Position numbers and translations under genes: made by a program. A stretch of DNA of 64,000 nucleotides from Bacteroidota bacterium (GTDB taxonomy: Bacteria > Bacteroidota > Rhodothermia > JANXDC01). Shown piece by piece: positions 32,184-42,849 of the stretch. The notes under the pieces are model-generated. The model had not been told where the DNA came from and ran no database searches. It saw nothing but the letters and a program-made list of their open reading frames with translations. Within the stretch, counting starts at the first letter, position 1, and each line of letters starts with the position of its first letter. Location of the stretch: positions 1,178,978 to 1,242,977 of the forward strand of contig AP024675.1 of NCBI GenBank assembly GCA_025998875.1, given 5' to 3'.

Positions 32184-33166
32184 TTGTGGCCGTTACCGGG
32201 GCCACCGGGCTGGTCGGTTCTCATGTCGTGCGCGCCCTTCTGGGGCAGGGCCATGTCGTGCGCGTGCTCGTGCGACGTCCGGAGCGTCTGGGTATTCTGT
32301 CTGATGTCGCCCCACAGCTGCAGATCACGTTCGGCTCGCTGGAGGACGCCGAAGCCCTCGAATCCCTGCTAGAGGGAGCGGAGGCCGCTGTGCATGCGGC
32401 TGCGCTGGTGGCCTTTCATCCGCGCTGGCGCCGGCGTATGCGCCAGATTAATGTGCGTGGTACCGCCCTGCTGGTCGATACCGCTCTGCGGCTGGGGATC
32501 CGGCGCCTGGTGCACATCAGCTCCGTGGCCGCATTGGGGATACCGGAGGGGGCAGAAGCCCTCGATGGGACTCTGCGCGCCGGACTGCTATCCTGGCCCT
32601 CCTATTATGGCTATACCAAGTACTTGGCCGAATTGGAGGTCTACCGCGGAATCGCCGAGGGACTGGAAGCCGTACTGCTCAACCCCGCGCTCGTGTTTGG
32701 TCCGGGCCGCATATACGAGGGCACCGGACGGCTTTTTCGGTTGGCCCGTCGGGGTTGGCTGCGCCGCTATCCGCCCGGAGAGACGGCCGTCGTAGATGCG
32801 CGCGATGTGGCCGGAGCGGTCTGCGCCGCGCTGGAGCGAGGGGGTGTGGGAAGGCGGTATGTGCTGGCCGCCGAGCCGCGCACCTTCCGGGACCTGTTCG
32901 GCGACATCGCTCAGGTCCTGGGCCGACCCGGACCAGAGCGACCCTTTTCCCCTCGGGCCCTGTATGTGCTGGGCCTGTTAGGGGAGCTGTGGGGATGGAT
33001 CTGGCCCGATCCTGTTGGCCTTAGCCGGGAGACCGCCCGCAGCGCTTCCCGCCAGGTGCGCTATGTGTCGGATCGGGCTATCGAGGAGCTGGGTGTGCGC
33101 TTTCGGCCTTTTGTGGAAACGCTGCAGGATACGGTGGCCTGGTATCGTCGTACCGGACAGCTATAA
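32180..33166 (+). CDS. NAD-dependent epimerase/dehydratase (dihydroflavonol reductase/HpnA-like)
   Basis: [25 protein letters not shown] (YxxxK), LNPALVFGP. Confidence 0.88.
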   Translation: MIVAVTGATGLVGSHVVRALLGQGHVVRVLVRRPERLGILSDVAPQLQITFGSLEDAEALESLLEGAEAAVHAAALVAFHPRWRRRMRQINVRGTALLVDTALRLGIRRLVHISSVAALGIPEGAEALDGTLRAGLLSWPSYYGYTKYLAELEVYRGIAEGLEAVLLNPALVFGPGRIYEGTGRLFRLARRGWLRRYPPGETAVVDARDVAGAVCAALERGGVGRRYVLAAEPRTFRDLFGDIAQVLGRPGPERPFSPRALYVLGLLGELWGWIWPDPVGLSRETARSASRQVRYVSDRAIEELGVRFRPFVETLQDTVAWYRRTGQL

Positions 33167-33179
33167 AGGAGCTCTGCGC

Positions 33180-35099
33180 ATGAAGCAACCGTTGATGCGG
33201 GTGGAAACCCCTTCTCGGCTCGGTCGGCTCGGCGTACCTCATGAGGGCACGAGTCGCGAAAAGATCCCCGTGCTCATCTTCGACGATCCGCAGGAGATGG
33301 CCGTACAGGTGGCCAAAAAGATCGTCCGACTCATCGAGGAAAAGCGCGCGGTGGGCGACTGGGCCGTTCTGGGCCTACCGACGGGCAGTACCCCGATCGG
33401 GGTCTACCAGGAGCTGGTGCGCCTGCATCGAGAGGAGGGGGTGGATTTCTCCAACGTGGTTACCTTCAACCTGGATGAGTATTACCCCATGCATCCCGAC
33501 TCCCTGCAGAGCTATCATCGCTTCATGCGGGAGAACCTGTTCGATCACCTCAACATCCCCCCGGAGCAGATCTTCATCCCGCGTGGGGACCTTCCCCGCG
33601 AGGCCATTGAGGAGCACTGCCAGTGGTATGAGCGCATGATCCGCAAATACGGGGGGCTGGATCTGGTACTGCTGGGCATCGGTCGTTCCGGGCATATCGG
33701 GTTCAACGAGCCGGGCTCCGACCGCAGCACGCGCACCCGACTGGTGGTGCTCGATGAGATCACGCGCAAGGATGCGGCAAGCGATTTCTTCGGCGCCGAA
33801 AACGTGCCCCGGGAGGCGATCACCATGGGTGTGGGCACGATTCTGGAGGCCAGGGAGGTGATTCTTATGGCCACCGGGGAACATAAGGCCGCCATTATTC
33901 AGCGCGCCGTGGAGGGGGAGGTATCCCGTCAGGTGCCGGCCTCCTTTCTGCAGGAGCACCCAAACGCCTTCGTGTACGTGGATGCGGCTGCGGCGGCCGA
34001 GCTGACCCGCGTCAAAACCCCCTGGTTGGTGATGGAGGTTGACTGGGATGACATGCTGGCCAAGCGGGCCGTGATCTGGCTCTCCAGGCAGGTCGACAAG
34101 CCCATTCTGCACCTAGAGGGGGCGGATTTCTACAACCACCATCTGCACGCGCTCGTGCATCGATATGGGGATGTGGATCGGCTCTGCCTGCGGGTTTTCG
34201 AAGATCTCCGCAGCCGCATCTACTATCCCGATCGCCTGCCCCGCAAAAAGCGGATTGTGGTCTTCAGCCCTCATCCGGATGATGACGTCATTTCCATGGG
34301 GGGTACGCTGCGCAAGCTGGTGGAGAACCAGAACAGCGTGGTGGTGGCCTATATGACCAACGGCAGTGTGGCCGTCTTCGATAATGACGTGCGCCGCCAT
34401 CTGCGCTTCATGGAGATGGCCTCCGAGGTGCTCGCTATGGAGGCCGAGGTCCGAGAGCGCCTGCGGCGGGAGAAGGAGCGCATCTTCGATTTCTTCCGCC
34501 GCAAGCGACCCGGAGAGGTCGATCTGCCGGAGATCCAGCGCCTGAAGGCCTACATCCGATATTCGGAGGCCATCGCCGCCCTGGAGACGATCGGGCTGGG
34601 GCCGGAGGCCGCCCGGTTTCTGGATATGCCCTTTTATCGGACCGGGCAGGTGCGCAAGCTCCCCATCAGCCAGGCGGACGTCGAGATCGTGCTCGATCTG
34701 CTCCGGGAGCAGGAGCCCCATGAGATTTTTGTGGCCGGAGATCTCTCCGATCCGCACGGCACGCATCGGATGTGCTATCGGGCCATCATGGCCGCCCTGG
34801 AGGTCTATGAAGCGGCCGGCCACAATCGCCCCCGCGTATGGCTCTATCGCGGGGCCTGGCAGGAATGGGGCATCGAAGAAGCCGATGTCTTCGTGCCCAT
34901 GTCCAAGTCCGAGCTGGAATGGAAGATCGAGGCCATTTTCAAGCACGAAAGCCAAAAGGACCGGGCCATGTTTCCGGGCGCCTACGATGATCGGGAGTTC
35001 TGGCAGCGGGCGCGGGATCGCAATCAGGGTACCGCCCGGGAGTTGGATCGACTCGGTCTGCCTGCCTTCTACGCCGTAGAGGCCTTCGTGGTGCGCTGA
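33180..35099 (+). CDS. nagB: Glucosamine-6-phosphate deaminase fused to a PIG-L/LmbE-like domain
   Basis: [30 protein letters not shown]; then [14 protein letters not shown] and DPHGTH. Confidence 0.92.
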   Translation: MKQPLMRVETPSRLGRLGVPHEGTSREKIPVLIFDDPQEMAVQVAKKIVRLIEEKRAVGDWAVLGLPTGSTPIGVYQELVRLHREEGVDFSNVVTFNLDEYYPMHPDSLQSYHRFMRENLFDHLNIPPEQIFIPRGDLPREAIEEHCQWYERMIRKYGGLDLVLLGIGRSGHIGFNEPGSDRSTRTRLVVLDEITRKDAASDFFGAENVPREAITMGVGTILEAREVILMATGEHKAAIIQRAVEGEVSRQVPASFLQEHPNAFVYVDAAAAAELTRVKTPWLVMEVDWDDMLAKRAVIWLSRQVDKPILHLEGADFYNHHLHALVHRYGDVDRLCLRVFEDLRSRIYYPDRLPRKKRIVVFSPHPDDDVISMGGTLRKLVENQNSVVVAYMTNGSVAVFDNDVRRHLRFMEMASEVLAMEAEVRERLRREKERIFDFFRRKRPGEVDLPEIQRLKAYIRYSEAIAALETIGLGPEAARFLDMPFYRTGQVRKLPISQADVEIVLDLLREQEPHEIFVAGDLSDPHGTHRMCYRAIMAALEVYEAAGHNRPRVWLYRGAWQEWGIEEADVFVPMSKSELEWKIEAIFKHESQKDRAMFPGAYDDREFWQRARDRNQGTARELDRLGLPAFYAVEAFVVR

Positions 35100-35110
35100 G
35101 GCCGGTTGGC

Positions 35111-35142
35111 TTGACTTTCCCCTGGCAGGCCGCATATTTTTG
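35111..35142 (+). promoter_or_regulatory. Putative rplM-rpsI promoter (TTG-N21-TATTTTTG)
   Basis: Exact TAnnTTTG element. Confidence 0.7.
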
Positions 35143-35175
35143 CGCGCTTCCCTTAAGCCAGGAACGGAGCCTACG

Positions 35176-35619
35176 GTGCAGGTACAGCCATTTAAAACCT
35201 ATCAGGCCAGGCCCGGCGAGGTGGAACAGCGGTGGTATCTCGTCGATGCCGAGGGCAAGACCCTGGGTCGGCTCGCCAGCCGCATTGCGGCTATTCTGCG
35301 CGGTAAACATAAACCGCACTACACGCCCCATGTCGATGTGGGGGATTTTGTGGTCGTCATCAACGCGGATAAAATCCGGCTTACGGGTCGAAAGTGGACC
35401 CGGAAGATCTACTGGCGGCACAGCGGCTATTTCGGTGGGGTCAAAACGGAGACGGCCCGGGATCTGCTCCAGCGTCGACCGGAGCGTCTGCTGGAGTTGG
35501 CCGTCAAAGGTATGCTTCCGAACAACTCCCTGGGGCGGCGTCAGTTCCGCAAGCTCAAGGTCTACGCCGGTCCGGTCCATCCGCATCAGGCTCAGCGGCC
35601 GGAAAAGATCGAACTCTGA
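35176..35619 (+). CDS. rplM: 50S ribosomal protein L13
   Basis: [42 protein letters not shown]; GTG start at 35176 inferred. Confidence 0.98.
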   Translation: MQVQPFKTYQARPGEVEQRWYLVDAEGKTLGRLASRIAAILRGKHKPHYTPHVDVGDFVVVINADKIRLTGRKWTRKIYWRHSGYFGGVKTETARDLLQRRPERLLELAVKGMLPNNSLGRRQFRKLKVYAGPVHPHQAQRPEKIEL

Positions 35620-35630
35620 GGACGCGCAAG

Positions 35631-36023
35631 ATGGCACTGGTTCAATATCAAGCCGTTGGGCGGCGCAAGACGAGTACCGCGCGCGTGTATCTGCGGCCCG
35701 GTTCGGGGCAGATCACCATTAACAGGCGGCGCTTCGAGGAGTATTTCCCTCTTTCGTGGCACCGGGAAGATATCCTGCTCCCCTTTAAGATCACGGGTAC
35801 GCTGGGGCAGTTTGATGTGGTGGCGACCGTCCGTGGCGGGGGGATGAGCGGGCAGGCCGGTGCGATGCGCCTGGGCATTGCGCGCGCGCTGGTGCGCTAC
35901 AACGAGGATTTTCGCAAACCCTTGCGAGATGCGGGCCTGCTTACGCGCGACCCCCGTATGGTGGAGCGCAAAAAATACGGTCAGCCCAAGGCCCGCAAGC
36001 GCTTCCAGTTCAGCAAGCGCTGA
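35631..36023 (+). CDS. rpsI: 30S ribosomal protein S9
   Basis: [39 protein letters not shown]. Confidence 0.99.
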   Translation: MALVQYQAVGRRKTSTARVYLRPGSGQITINRRRFEEYFPLSWHREDILLPFKITGTLGQFDVVATVRGGGMSGQAGAMRLGIARALVRYNEDFRKPLRDAGLLTRDPRMVERKKYGQPKARKRFQFSKR

Positions 36024-36040
36024 TTCTTGTCGGATCATAC

Positions 36041-36071
36041 CGACAGGCGGCCCGAATCGGGCCGCCTGTCG
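36041..36071. other. Perfect 14-bp hairpin between rpsI and the rpsB leader
   Basis: CGACAGGCGGCCCG-AAT-CGGGCCGCCTGTCG; no T-run. Confidence 0.7.
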
Positions 36072-36077
36072 CTCTAT

Positions 36078-36165
36078 CACACATACGCCCGGACTGCACC
36101 GATGGAGTGTCCCACGGCGTGGGATGGTCGGGCGGGAGGATGGGCGTAGAGGCAGAACTCCAAAC
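36078..36165 (+). promoter_or_regulatory. rpsB 5' leader (S2 autoregulatory / t44-like RNA)
   Basis: Base stem TACGCCC(36084-90)/GGGCGTA(36142-48), following GAGGC, and GGAGT(36104-08)/ACTCC(36157-61) pseudoknot potential. Confidence 0.65.
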
Positions 36166-36179
36166 AGAGGAAGGATGCT

Positions 36180-37004
36180 ATGGCTACGGCCGTCGAACCC
36201 AGAACGCATCGGGTCAGCCTGGAAGAGCTCCTGCAGGCGGGTTGCCACTTCGGGCATCTCACGCGCCGGTGGAATCCCAAAATGCGCGACTTCATCCTTA
36301 TGGAGCGCAATGGGATTCATATCATCGATCTGCACCAGACGCAGAAGTTGCTCGATGAGGCCTACGAGGCCGTGGTGGAGATCGTCAAATCCGGCAAGCA
36401 GATCCTCTTTGTGGGGACCAAGAAGCAGGCGCAGGATATCGTGCGACGCGAGGCGGAGCGTTGTGGCATGCCCTACGTGGTGGAGCGCTGGCTGGGCGGG
36501 ATGTTGACGAACTTCGCCACCATCCGACGCTCCATCAAGCGCATGGAGACCATTGCGCGCATGGAGACGGACGGGACTTTCGAGAACATCACCAAAAAAG
36601 AGCGCCTCATGCTCCTGCGCGAGCGCGAGAAGCTGGAAAAGGTCTTCGCCGGCGTGGCCGATATGACCCGGCTGCCCGGAGGCGTCTATATCGTCGATAC
36701 GCAGCGCGAGCATATCGCTGTGGCGGAGGCCAACCGCCTGGGCATTCCCGTGATCGCGATGGTGGACACGAACTGCGATCCGGAGCTGATCGATTATCCC
36801 ATCCCGTCAAACGACGATGCGGCAAAAGCCATCGAGCTCATTACGCGCCTGATCGCCGACGCCGTGCTGGAGGGGCAGGCGGCGCGTAAACGCGAGGAGG
36901 CCGTGGCGCGTGCTGAGCGCAGCAAGCGCGCTGCGGAAAAGAAACCCCTGGAGCCCGATACGGAAGAAACCCAAGCCGGAGCAAGCGAGGAACCTGCGGT
37001 ATGA
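36180..37004 (+). CDS. rpsB: 30S ribosomal protein S2
   Basis: [43 protein letters not shown]. Confidence 0.99.
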   Translation: MATAVEPRTHRVSLEELLQAGCHFGHLTRRWNPKMRDFILMERNGIHIIDLHQTQKLLDEAYEAVVEIVKSGKQILFVGTKKQAQDIVRREAERCGMPYVVERWLGGMLTNFATIRRSIKRMETIARMETDGTFENITKKERLMLLREREKLEKVFAGVADMTRLPGGVYIVDTQREHIAVAEANRLGIPVIAMVDTNCDPELIDYPIPSNDDAAKAIELITRLIADAVLEGQAARKREEAVARAERSKRAAEKKPLEPDTEETQAGASEEPAV

Positions 37005-37840
37005 TCAGTGCTGCCGATGTGAAACGGCTCCGAGACCTCACAGGGGCCGGGATGATGGACTGTAAACAGGCCCTTGAAGAGGCGGGCGGAGACATCGAGA
37101 AGGCCATCGAGATCCTGCGCAAAAAGGGCCAGAAGGTGGCCGCCAAGCGCGCCGAGCGCGTGGCCTCCGAGGGGGTGGTATGGGCCCACGTGAGCCCGGA
37201 TGGAAAAAAGGGCGTGCTTCTGGAGGTGAACTGCGAGACGGATTTCGTAGCGCGAAGTGAGGATTTCGTGCGTTTCGTGGAACGCGTGGCCAATCTGCTT
37301 CTGGCCTATGAGCCCGCCACGCGCGAAGCGCTGCTTGCGCTTCCCTACGAAGGCGGACGCACAGTGGCCGATGGGCTCAACGAGCTTCTGGGCCGGATCG
37401 GAGAGAAAATCGAGATTCGACGCTTCACCGTGCTCCGCGCCCGTGGGCAACTGATCTCCTATGTGCACCCGGGAAACAAGCTGGCCGTGATCGTGGATCT
37501 GGAGGCCGATGGGGATGCAGCCACGCTGGGGCGCGATATGGCCATGCAGGTGGCGGCCATGAACCCGGTGGCCGTTGATCGGGATTCCGTGCCCGAGGAA
37601 ATCCGGCAAAAAGAGCTCGAAATCGCCCGCGAGCAGGCTCGATCCGAGGGCAAGCCCGAGCCCATCGTAGAACGCATCGCCCAGGGGAGGCTGGAGAAGT
37701 TCTATAAAGAGCACGTGCTCCTGGAGCAGCCCTTCATCAAGGACGGCGAGAAAACCGTCGCCGAGGTGCTGGCAGCCCATGGAGGGGCGCGCATCGTGGG
37801 CTTCGAGCGATACATGCTCGGAGAACAGCGGTTCAGCTGA
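37001..37840 (+). CDS. tsf: Elongation factor Ts
   Basis: [29 protein letters not shown]. Confidence 0.98.
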   Translation: MISAADVKRLRDLTGAGMMDCKQALEEAGGDIEKAIEILRKKGQKVAAKRAERVASEGVVWAHVSPDGKKGVLLEVNCETDFVARSEDFVRFVERVANLLLAYEPATREALLALPYEGGRTVADGLNELLGRIGEKIEIRRFTVLRARGQLISYVHPGNKLAVIVDLEADGDAATLGRDMAMQVAAMNPVAVDRDSVPEEIRQKELEIAREQARSEGKPEPIVERIAQGRLEKFYKEHVLLEQPFIKDGEKTVAEVLAAHGGARIVGFERYMLGEQRFS

Positions 37841-37841
37841 C

Positions 37842-37876
37842 AGAGGCGACCCCGCGGGGTCGCCTCTTTGGTTTTT
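37842..37876 (+). terminator. Intrinsic terminator after tsf
   Basis: AGAGGCGACCC(C)/(G)GGGTCGCCTCT stem followed by TTGGTTTTT. Confidence 0.75.
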
Positions 37877-37898
37877 CCGGAGGGGAGCGCTATTTTCC
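37867..37898 (+). promoter_or_regulatory. Putative pyrH-frr promoter (TTTG-N20-TATTTTCC)
   Basis: Window-wide spacing; overlaps the tsf terminator tail. Confidence 0.55.
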
Positions 37899-37914
37899 CT
37901 GGCGAGGGAGAGCT

Positions 37915-38652
37915 ATGGCCCGGCTGCACTACAGGCGGATTTTGCTCAAGCTCAGCGGCGAAGCCCTGATGGGACGCCAGGGCTACGGGATCGATCCCGA
38001 GGTGCTGTCCCGTTTTGCTCAGGAAATCCGCGAGGTGCACGAGCTGGGCTGTCAGGTGGCCATCGTTATCGGGGGAGGCAACATCTTTCGGGGCAGTCAG
38101 GCCCAGGCCCTGGGGATGGATCGCGTGCAGGGCGATTACATGGGCATGCTGGCCACGGTCATCAACGCCATGGCCCTGCAGGATGCGCTGGAAAAGCTGG
38201 GCGTGCATACCCGTCTGCAGTCGGCCATCAAGATGGAGCAAATCGCCGAGCCCTTTATCCGCAGGCGCGCTATCCGGCATCTGGAAAAAGGCCGGGTGGT
38301 GATCTTCGGGGCCGGCACGGGTAATCCGTTCTTCACCACGGATACGGCTGCCAGCCTGCGGGCCATGGAAATCCGCGCCGAGGTGATCCTGAAAGGCACC
38401 CGGGTCGACGGCATCTACGACGCCGATCCGGAGCGTCATCCGGAGGCCACGCGCTTCAACCGCATCTCCGGGGCCGAGGTCATCCGTCGGGGGCTGGAGG
38501 TGATGGATCTGACCGCCTTTACGCTATGTCGAGAAAACAACATTCCCATCATTATTTTCAATATGCACGTGCCCGGCAACCTGCGCCGGATCGTGCAGGG
38601 AGAGCCCGTGGGGTCACTGGTCTACTGGGATGAGGCGACCCCGGTATCGTAA
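37915..38652 (+). CDS. pyrH: UMP kinase
   Basis: [30 protein letters not shown]. Confidence 0.99.
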   Translation: MARLHYRRILLKLSGEALMGRQGYGIDPEVLSRFAQEIREVHELGCQVAIVIGGGNIFRGSQAQALGMDRVQGDYMGMLATVINAMALQDALEKLGVHTRLQSAIKMEQIAEPFIRRRAIRHLEKGRVVIFGAGTGNPFFTTDTAASLRAMEIRAEVILKGTRVDGIYDADPERHPEATRFNRISGAEVIRRGLEVMDLTAFTLCRENNIPIIIFNMHVPGNLRRIVQGEPVGSLVYWDEATPVS

Positions 38653-38675
38653 CCAACGAACAGGGGAGTTGGCTT

Positions 38676-39251
38676 ATGTTGCCGCTTCCAGAAGAAGCTC
38701 AGGCCGTTCTGCGGGATGCGGAAGAGCACATGAAGAAATCCGTGGTGCACCTGCAACAGGAGCTGGCCCACATCCGGGCGGGGAAGGCCACCCCGGAGTT
38801 GCTCGACGGGATCAAGGTCGACTATTACGGCACACACCTGCCCATCAACCAACTGGCCAGCATCTCCACTCCGGACGCCCGCCTGATCGTTGTTCAGCCC
38901 TGGGATAAGGGCGCCATTTCCGCCATCGAGAAGGCTATCCAGAGCTCGGGGCTGGGGCTCAACCCGTCCAACGACGGAAACGTCATCCGCATTCCCATCC
39001 CGCCCCTTACCGAAGAGCGGAGGCGTGAGCTGGTCAAGCAGGTCAGGCGGATCGGCGAAGAGGCCAAGATCGCCGTGCGCAATATCCGGCGCGATGCCCT
39101 CGAGGAGGTGCGCAGGCTGCAGAAAGAGGCTCACCTGCCCGAGGACCTGCGTTTTGCGGCCGAAGAGGAGATTCAGAAGATGACGAACCGGCATATCGAG
39201 CGCATCGACCAGCTGCTGGCCGCCAAGGAAAAGGAAATTATGGAAGTCTGA
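38676..39251 (+). CDS. frr: Ribosome recycling factor
   Basis: IRAGKATP, VDYYG, GLNPSNDG, IAVRNIRRDA. Confidence 0.98.
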   Translation: MLPLPEEAQAVLRDAEEHMKKSVVHLQQELAHIRAGKATPELLDGIKVDYYGTHLPINQLASISTPDARLIVVQPWDKGAISAIEKAIQSSGLGLNPSNDGNVIRIPIPPLTEERRRELVKQVRRIGEEAKIAVRNIRRDALEEVRRLQKEAHLPEDLRFAAEEEIQKMTNRHIERIDQLLAAKEKEIMEV

Positions 39252-39270
39252 GAAGGCGCCTCTACAGGTT

Positions 39271-39310
39271 GGGCACGCACCGGTGGGGGCCGATGCGTGC
39301 CCTCTTTTTT
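39271..39310 (+). terminator. Intrinsic terminator after frr
   Basis: GGGCACGCA/TGCGTGCCC stem then TCTTTTTT. Confidence 0.75.
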
Positions 39311-39324
39311 CACCGGAGGGGGCT

Positions 39325-42300
39325 ATGGCGGAGTTCGTCCACCTGCATCTGCATACGCAGTACAGCCTGCTCGACGGGGCTTCCCGGATCGAGGACCTCA
39401 TGCAGCGGGCCCGGGAGTACGGTATGCGGGCCGTGGCCATCACGGATCATGGCAACCTGTTCGGGATCCCGGAGTTCGTCTCCTCCGCCCGGGCTCACGG
39501 TATCCGGCCCATCCTGGGCTGTGAATTCTATCTGGGTCGCAAAAGCCGGTTCGATAAGACGGACAAGGTCCGCTATCATCAGGTCCTGTGGGCCAAAAAC
39601 GAACAGGGCTATCGGAACCTCATCCGCCTCTCCACGCTGGCCTATCTGGAAGGCTACTACTACAAGCCACGCATCGATAAGGAGCTGCTTCGGGAATACC
39701 GGGAGGGGCTTATCGCCAGCACCTGCTGCCTGCAAGGGGAGATTCCGCAGACGATCTTGCTCCACGGGGAGGAGGAGGCCCGCAAGGTCTTCGAATGGTG
39801 GCTCGATCTGTTCGGAGAGGACTTCTACATCGAGCTGCAGCGCCACGGCATCCCGGAGCAGGATCGGGTCAACGCCGTCCTGCTGCGCTGGGCGCGTCAG
39901 TACGGGGTGCCGGTGATCGCCACCAACGACGTGCATTACGTCCGAAAAGAGGATCACGAGGCGCAGGACGTGTTGCTGGCCCTGCAGACGGGCAAGGATC
40001 TGCACGACCCGAATCGGCTGCGCTTTGAGCAGCAGGAGTTCTACTTCAAAAGCCCCGAGGAAATGGCCCGGCTTTTCCAGGACGTGCCGGAGGCCCTGGA
40101 GAACACGGTGCGTCTGGCCGAATCCTGCAGTTTCGAGCTCCGCTTCGGGGACGTGCTCCTGCCCTATTACCAGCTCCCCCCGGGATTTGCGGATATGAAC
40201 GCTTACCTGGAGCACCTGGCTTTCGAGGGGGCCCGGCGTCGTTATGGGGAGCTTACCCCCCCGGTCGAGGAGCGCCTGCGCTTTGAGCTGAGCGTGATCG
40301 CCCAGATGGGCTATGCGGGGTACTTTCTCATCGTACAGGATCTGACCACCGAGGCGCGACGTCGAGGCGTGTGGGTGGGTCCCGGCCGAGGTTCGGCGGC
40401 GGGATCTCTGGTGGCCTACTGTCTGGGCATTACGAACGTCGACCCGCTCCGATACGATTTGCTCTTTGAGCGGTTTCTCAACCCCGAGCGGGTCTCTATG
40501 CCGGATATCGACATCGATTTCGACGACCGAGGTCGGCAGTTGGTCATCGACTACGTGGTGGAGAAATATGGACGGGAGTCCGTCTGCCAGATCATCACCT
40601 TCGGTACGATGGGCGCCCGCAGCGCGGTGCGCGATGTCGGACGCGTGCTCGGTTTGAGCCCCCGACAGGTCGATGCCATCGCCAAGCTCATCCCCGAGGG
40701 CCCGAAGGTCTCCCTTCGACAGGCCATCGAGGAGGTGCCGGAGCTGGCCCGCATGGCCAGTGGTCCGGACCCCACGCTGCGGAAGTTGCTCCAGTTTGCG
40801 CAGGTGCTGGAGGGTTCCCCCCGGCACACCGGCGTGCATGCGGCCGGCGTGATCATCGCCCCTGGAGATCTGCGCGAGTATGTGCCCCTGTACCGGGCCG
40901 AAGGGGGAGTGGTGACGACCCAGTTTGAGGGCGCCTGGATAGAAAAGTTCGGCCTGCTGAAGATGGACTTCCTCGGGCTGGCCACGCTGACCATCCTCAA
41001 GGACGCGGTGGCCATGATCCGGGAAAATCACGGCGTCGAGATCGATCTGGATCGGATCCCCCTGGATGATCCCCAGACGTATGCGCTCTTTCAGCGTGGG
41101 GAGACGATCGCGGTCTTTCAGTTTGAATCCGAGGGCATGCGCAAGTACCTGCGCGAGCTCAAGCCCACCTGCATCGATGACCTGATCGCGATGAATGCCC
41201 TCTATCGGCCCGGGCCCATGGATTACATTCCGGTCTACATTCGCCGCAAACACGGCCTGGAGCCCGTCGAGTACCTGCATCCGATGCTGGAGCCCATCCT
41301 GAAGGCCACCTACGGGATCGCGGTCTATCAGGAGCAGATCATGCGTATTGCCCAGGTGATGGCCGGATACAGCCTCGGACAGGCCGATCTGCTCCGGCGC
41401 GCGATGGGTAAGAAGAAGCCCGAGGAGATGGCCCAGCACCGGGACATCTTCCTGCAGGGGGCCATGGAGCGCGGGGTGGACCGGGATACGGCGCTGCGCG
41501 TCTTTGAGATGATGGAGAAGTTCGCCGGCTATGGATTCAACAAAAGTCACGCCGCAGCCTACGCCATACTGGCCTATCAGACGGCTTACCTGAAGGCCCA
41601 CTACCCGGCCGAATTCATGGCCGCTGCGCTCACGGCCGAAATCGGCAAGTCGGAAAAGATCGCCTTTCTCCTCGAGGAATGCCGGCGTATGGGGCTGGAG
41701 GTGTTGCCGCCCTCGGTGAACGCAAGCCGGGCGCACTTCTCTGTCGAGGGGGGCGCGATCCGCTTCGGATTGGCCGCCATCAAGGGCGTTGGCGAGGGGG
41801 CTGTAGAGGCCATTGTGCGGGCCCGCAGACAGGGAGGGCCGTTCCGTACGCTGTTTGATTTCTGTCGACGCGTGGACCTGCGCGCCGTCAACCGCCGCTG
41901 TCTGGAGGCGCTCATTCTTTCCGGCGCCATGGATGAGCTGGAGGGCACGCGAGCGCAGAAGTTCGAGGCCATCGAGGCCGCCATCCGCTATGCCCAGCGC
42001 GCCCAGGAAGCCCTGCTCATCGGCCAGAGCAGCCTCTTCGGCGCAGCAGAAGGGGAAACCGTGGCTCCGCCAGAGCCCGTGCTGCCTGCTCTGCTCAAAG
42101 ACTGGACGCTGGCCGAAAAGCTCCGTCGGGAGCGGGAACTGCTGGGTTTTTATCTCTCCGGCCATCCGCTGGATCGCTACAGGGACGAGGCCCGCGCTCT
42201 GGCCACCGCCCATTTCGGACATCCCGATGAGGTGCAAGATGGCCAGAAGGTCCGCGTGGTGGGGATCGTCACCGAGGTGGAACGACGCACGGATCGTCGA

Positions 42301-42759
42301 GGCCACCCCATGGCCTTTCTGACCCTAGAGGATGTGACCGGATCCGGTGAGGTCATCTGCTTTGCCGAGGTCTTCCATAAGTATCAGGCGTATCTGGAAC
42401 CCGATCAGATCCTCGTCGTGCTCGGTATCGCCGATACGCGTTCCGGGGCGCTCAAGGTGCGGGCTCTGGAGATTTGGCCCATCGCCATGGCCTGCGATGC
42501 GCTCATCGAGGGCATCGTGCTTCATGTGGGGATCGAGGAGCTCAGCGAAGAAATCGTCGAGGCCCTCTACGCGGCCTGTGTGCGCTATCCCGGGCAACGC
42601 CGAGTCGAATTCCTGCTCGCCTTGCCCGGCCGGCCCGAGCCTCATCGCCTGCGCGCCCGGCGCGTGCTCGTAGACCCCGTTCCAGATCTTATGGCTGAGT
42701 TCCGCCGTCTGCTCCCGCCGGGCTCCGTGCAGCTGCTTGTGCGTCCCAACGGCCTCTGA
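39325..42759 (+). CDS. dnaE: DNA polymerase III alpha subunit
   Basis: PHP domain (HLHLHTQYSLLDG, TDHGN, YHQV, TCC, TNDVHY, metal ligands apparently intact), GPGRGSAAGS, PDIDIDF, KFAGYGFNKSHA; no intein. Confidence 0.99.
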   Translation: MAEFVHLHLHTQYSLLDGASRIEDLMQRAREYGMRAVAITDHGNLFGIPEFVSSARAHGIRPILGCEFYLGRKSRFDKTDKVRYHQVLWAKNEQGYRNLIRLSTLAYLEGYYYKPRIDKELLREYREGLIASTCCLQGEIPQTILLHGEEEARKVFEWWLDLFGEDFYIELQRHGIPEQDRVNAVLLRWARQYGVPVIATNDVHYVRKEDHEAQDVLLALQTGKDLHDPNRLRFEQQEFYFKSPEEMARLFQDVPEALENTVRLAESCSFELRFGDVLLPYYQLPPGFADMNAYLEHLAFEGARRRYGELTPPVEERLRFELSVIAQMGYAGYFLIVQDLTTEARRRGVWVGPGRGSAAGSLVAYCLGITNVDPLRYDLLFERFLNPERVSMPDIDIDFDDRGRQLVIDYVVEKYGRESVCQIITFGTMGARSAVRDVGRVLGLSPRQVDAIAKLIPEGPKVSLRQAIEEVPELARMASGPDPTLRKLLQFAQVLEGSPRHTGVHAAGVIIAPGDLREYVPLYRAEGGVVTTQFEGAWIEKFGLLKMDFLGLATLTILKDAVAMIRENHGVEIDLDRIPLDDPQTYALFQRGETIAVFQFESEGMRKYLRELKPTCIDDLIAMNALYRPGPMDYIPVYIRRKHGLEPVEYLHPMLEPILKATYGIAVYQEQIMRIAQVMAGYSLGQADLLRRAMGKKKPEEMAQHRDIFLQGAMERGVDRDTALRVFEMMEKFAGYGFNKSHAAAYAILAYQTAYLKAHYPAEFMAAALTAEIGKSEKIAFLLEECRRMGLEVLPPSVNASRAHFSVEGGAIRFGLAAIKGVGEGAVEAIVRARRQGGPFRTLFDFCRRVDLRAVNRRCLEALILSGAMDELEGTRAQKFEAIEAAIRYAQRAQEALLIGQSSLFGAAEGETVAPPEPVLPALLKDWTLAEKLRRERELLGFYLSGHPLDRYRDEARALATAHFGHPDEVQDGQKVRVVGIVTEVERRTDRRGHPMAFLTLEDVTGSGEVICFAEVFHKYQAYLEPDQILVVLGIADTRSGALKVRALEIWPIAMACDALIEGIVLHVGIEELSEEIVEALYAACVRYPGQRRVEFLLALPGRPEPHRLRARRVLVDPVPDLMAEFRRLLPPGSVQLLVRPNGL

Positions 42760-42790
42760 GGTCTCTTCGTGCAGAGGGCCTCGGACGGCA

Positions 42791-42821
42791 TTGCGCTTCC
42801 CCTCGGAAGAGGCTACTTTCC
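42791..42821 (+). promoter_or_regulatory. Putative promoter (TTG-N20-TACTTTCC) for the beta-lactamase-fold operon
   Basis: Window-wide spacing; followed by AAGGAGG Shine-Dalgarno. Confidence 0.55.
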
Positions 42822-42849
42822 CCGCACAAATCGGAAAGGAGGCGGAAGT

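Noticed and set aside
39310-42306. 998-aa antisense ORF opposite dnaE (also 3531-5231, 18836-20539, 20487-21779, 22563-24509 and many others)
   Set aside because: Shadow ORFs mirroring the codon frame of real genes in a high-GC genome; no motifs, start signals or independent composition
39325-42759. Intein or insertion in dnaE
   Set aside because: Normal length and continuous motifs; no splice-junction signatures
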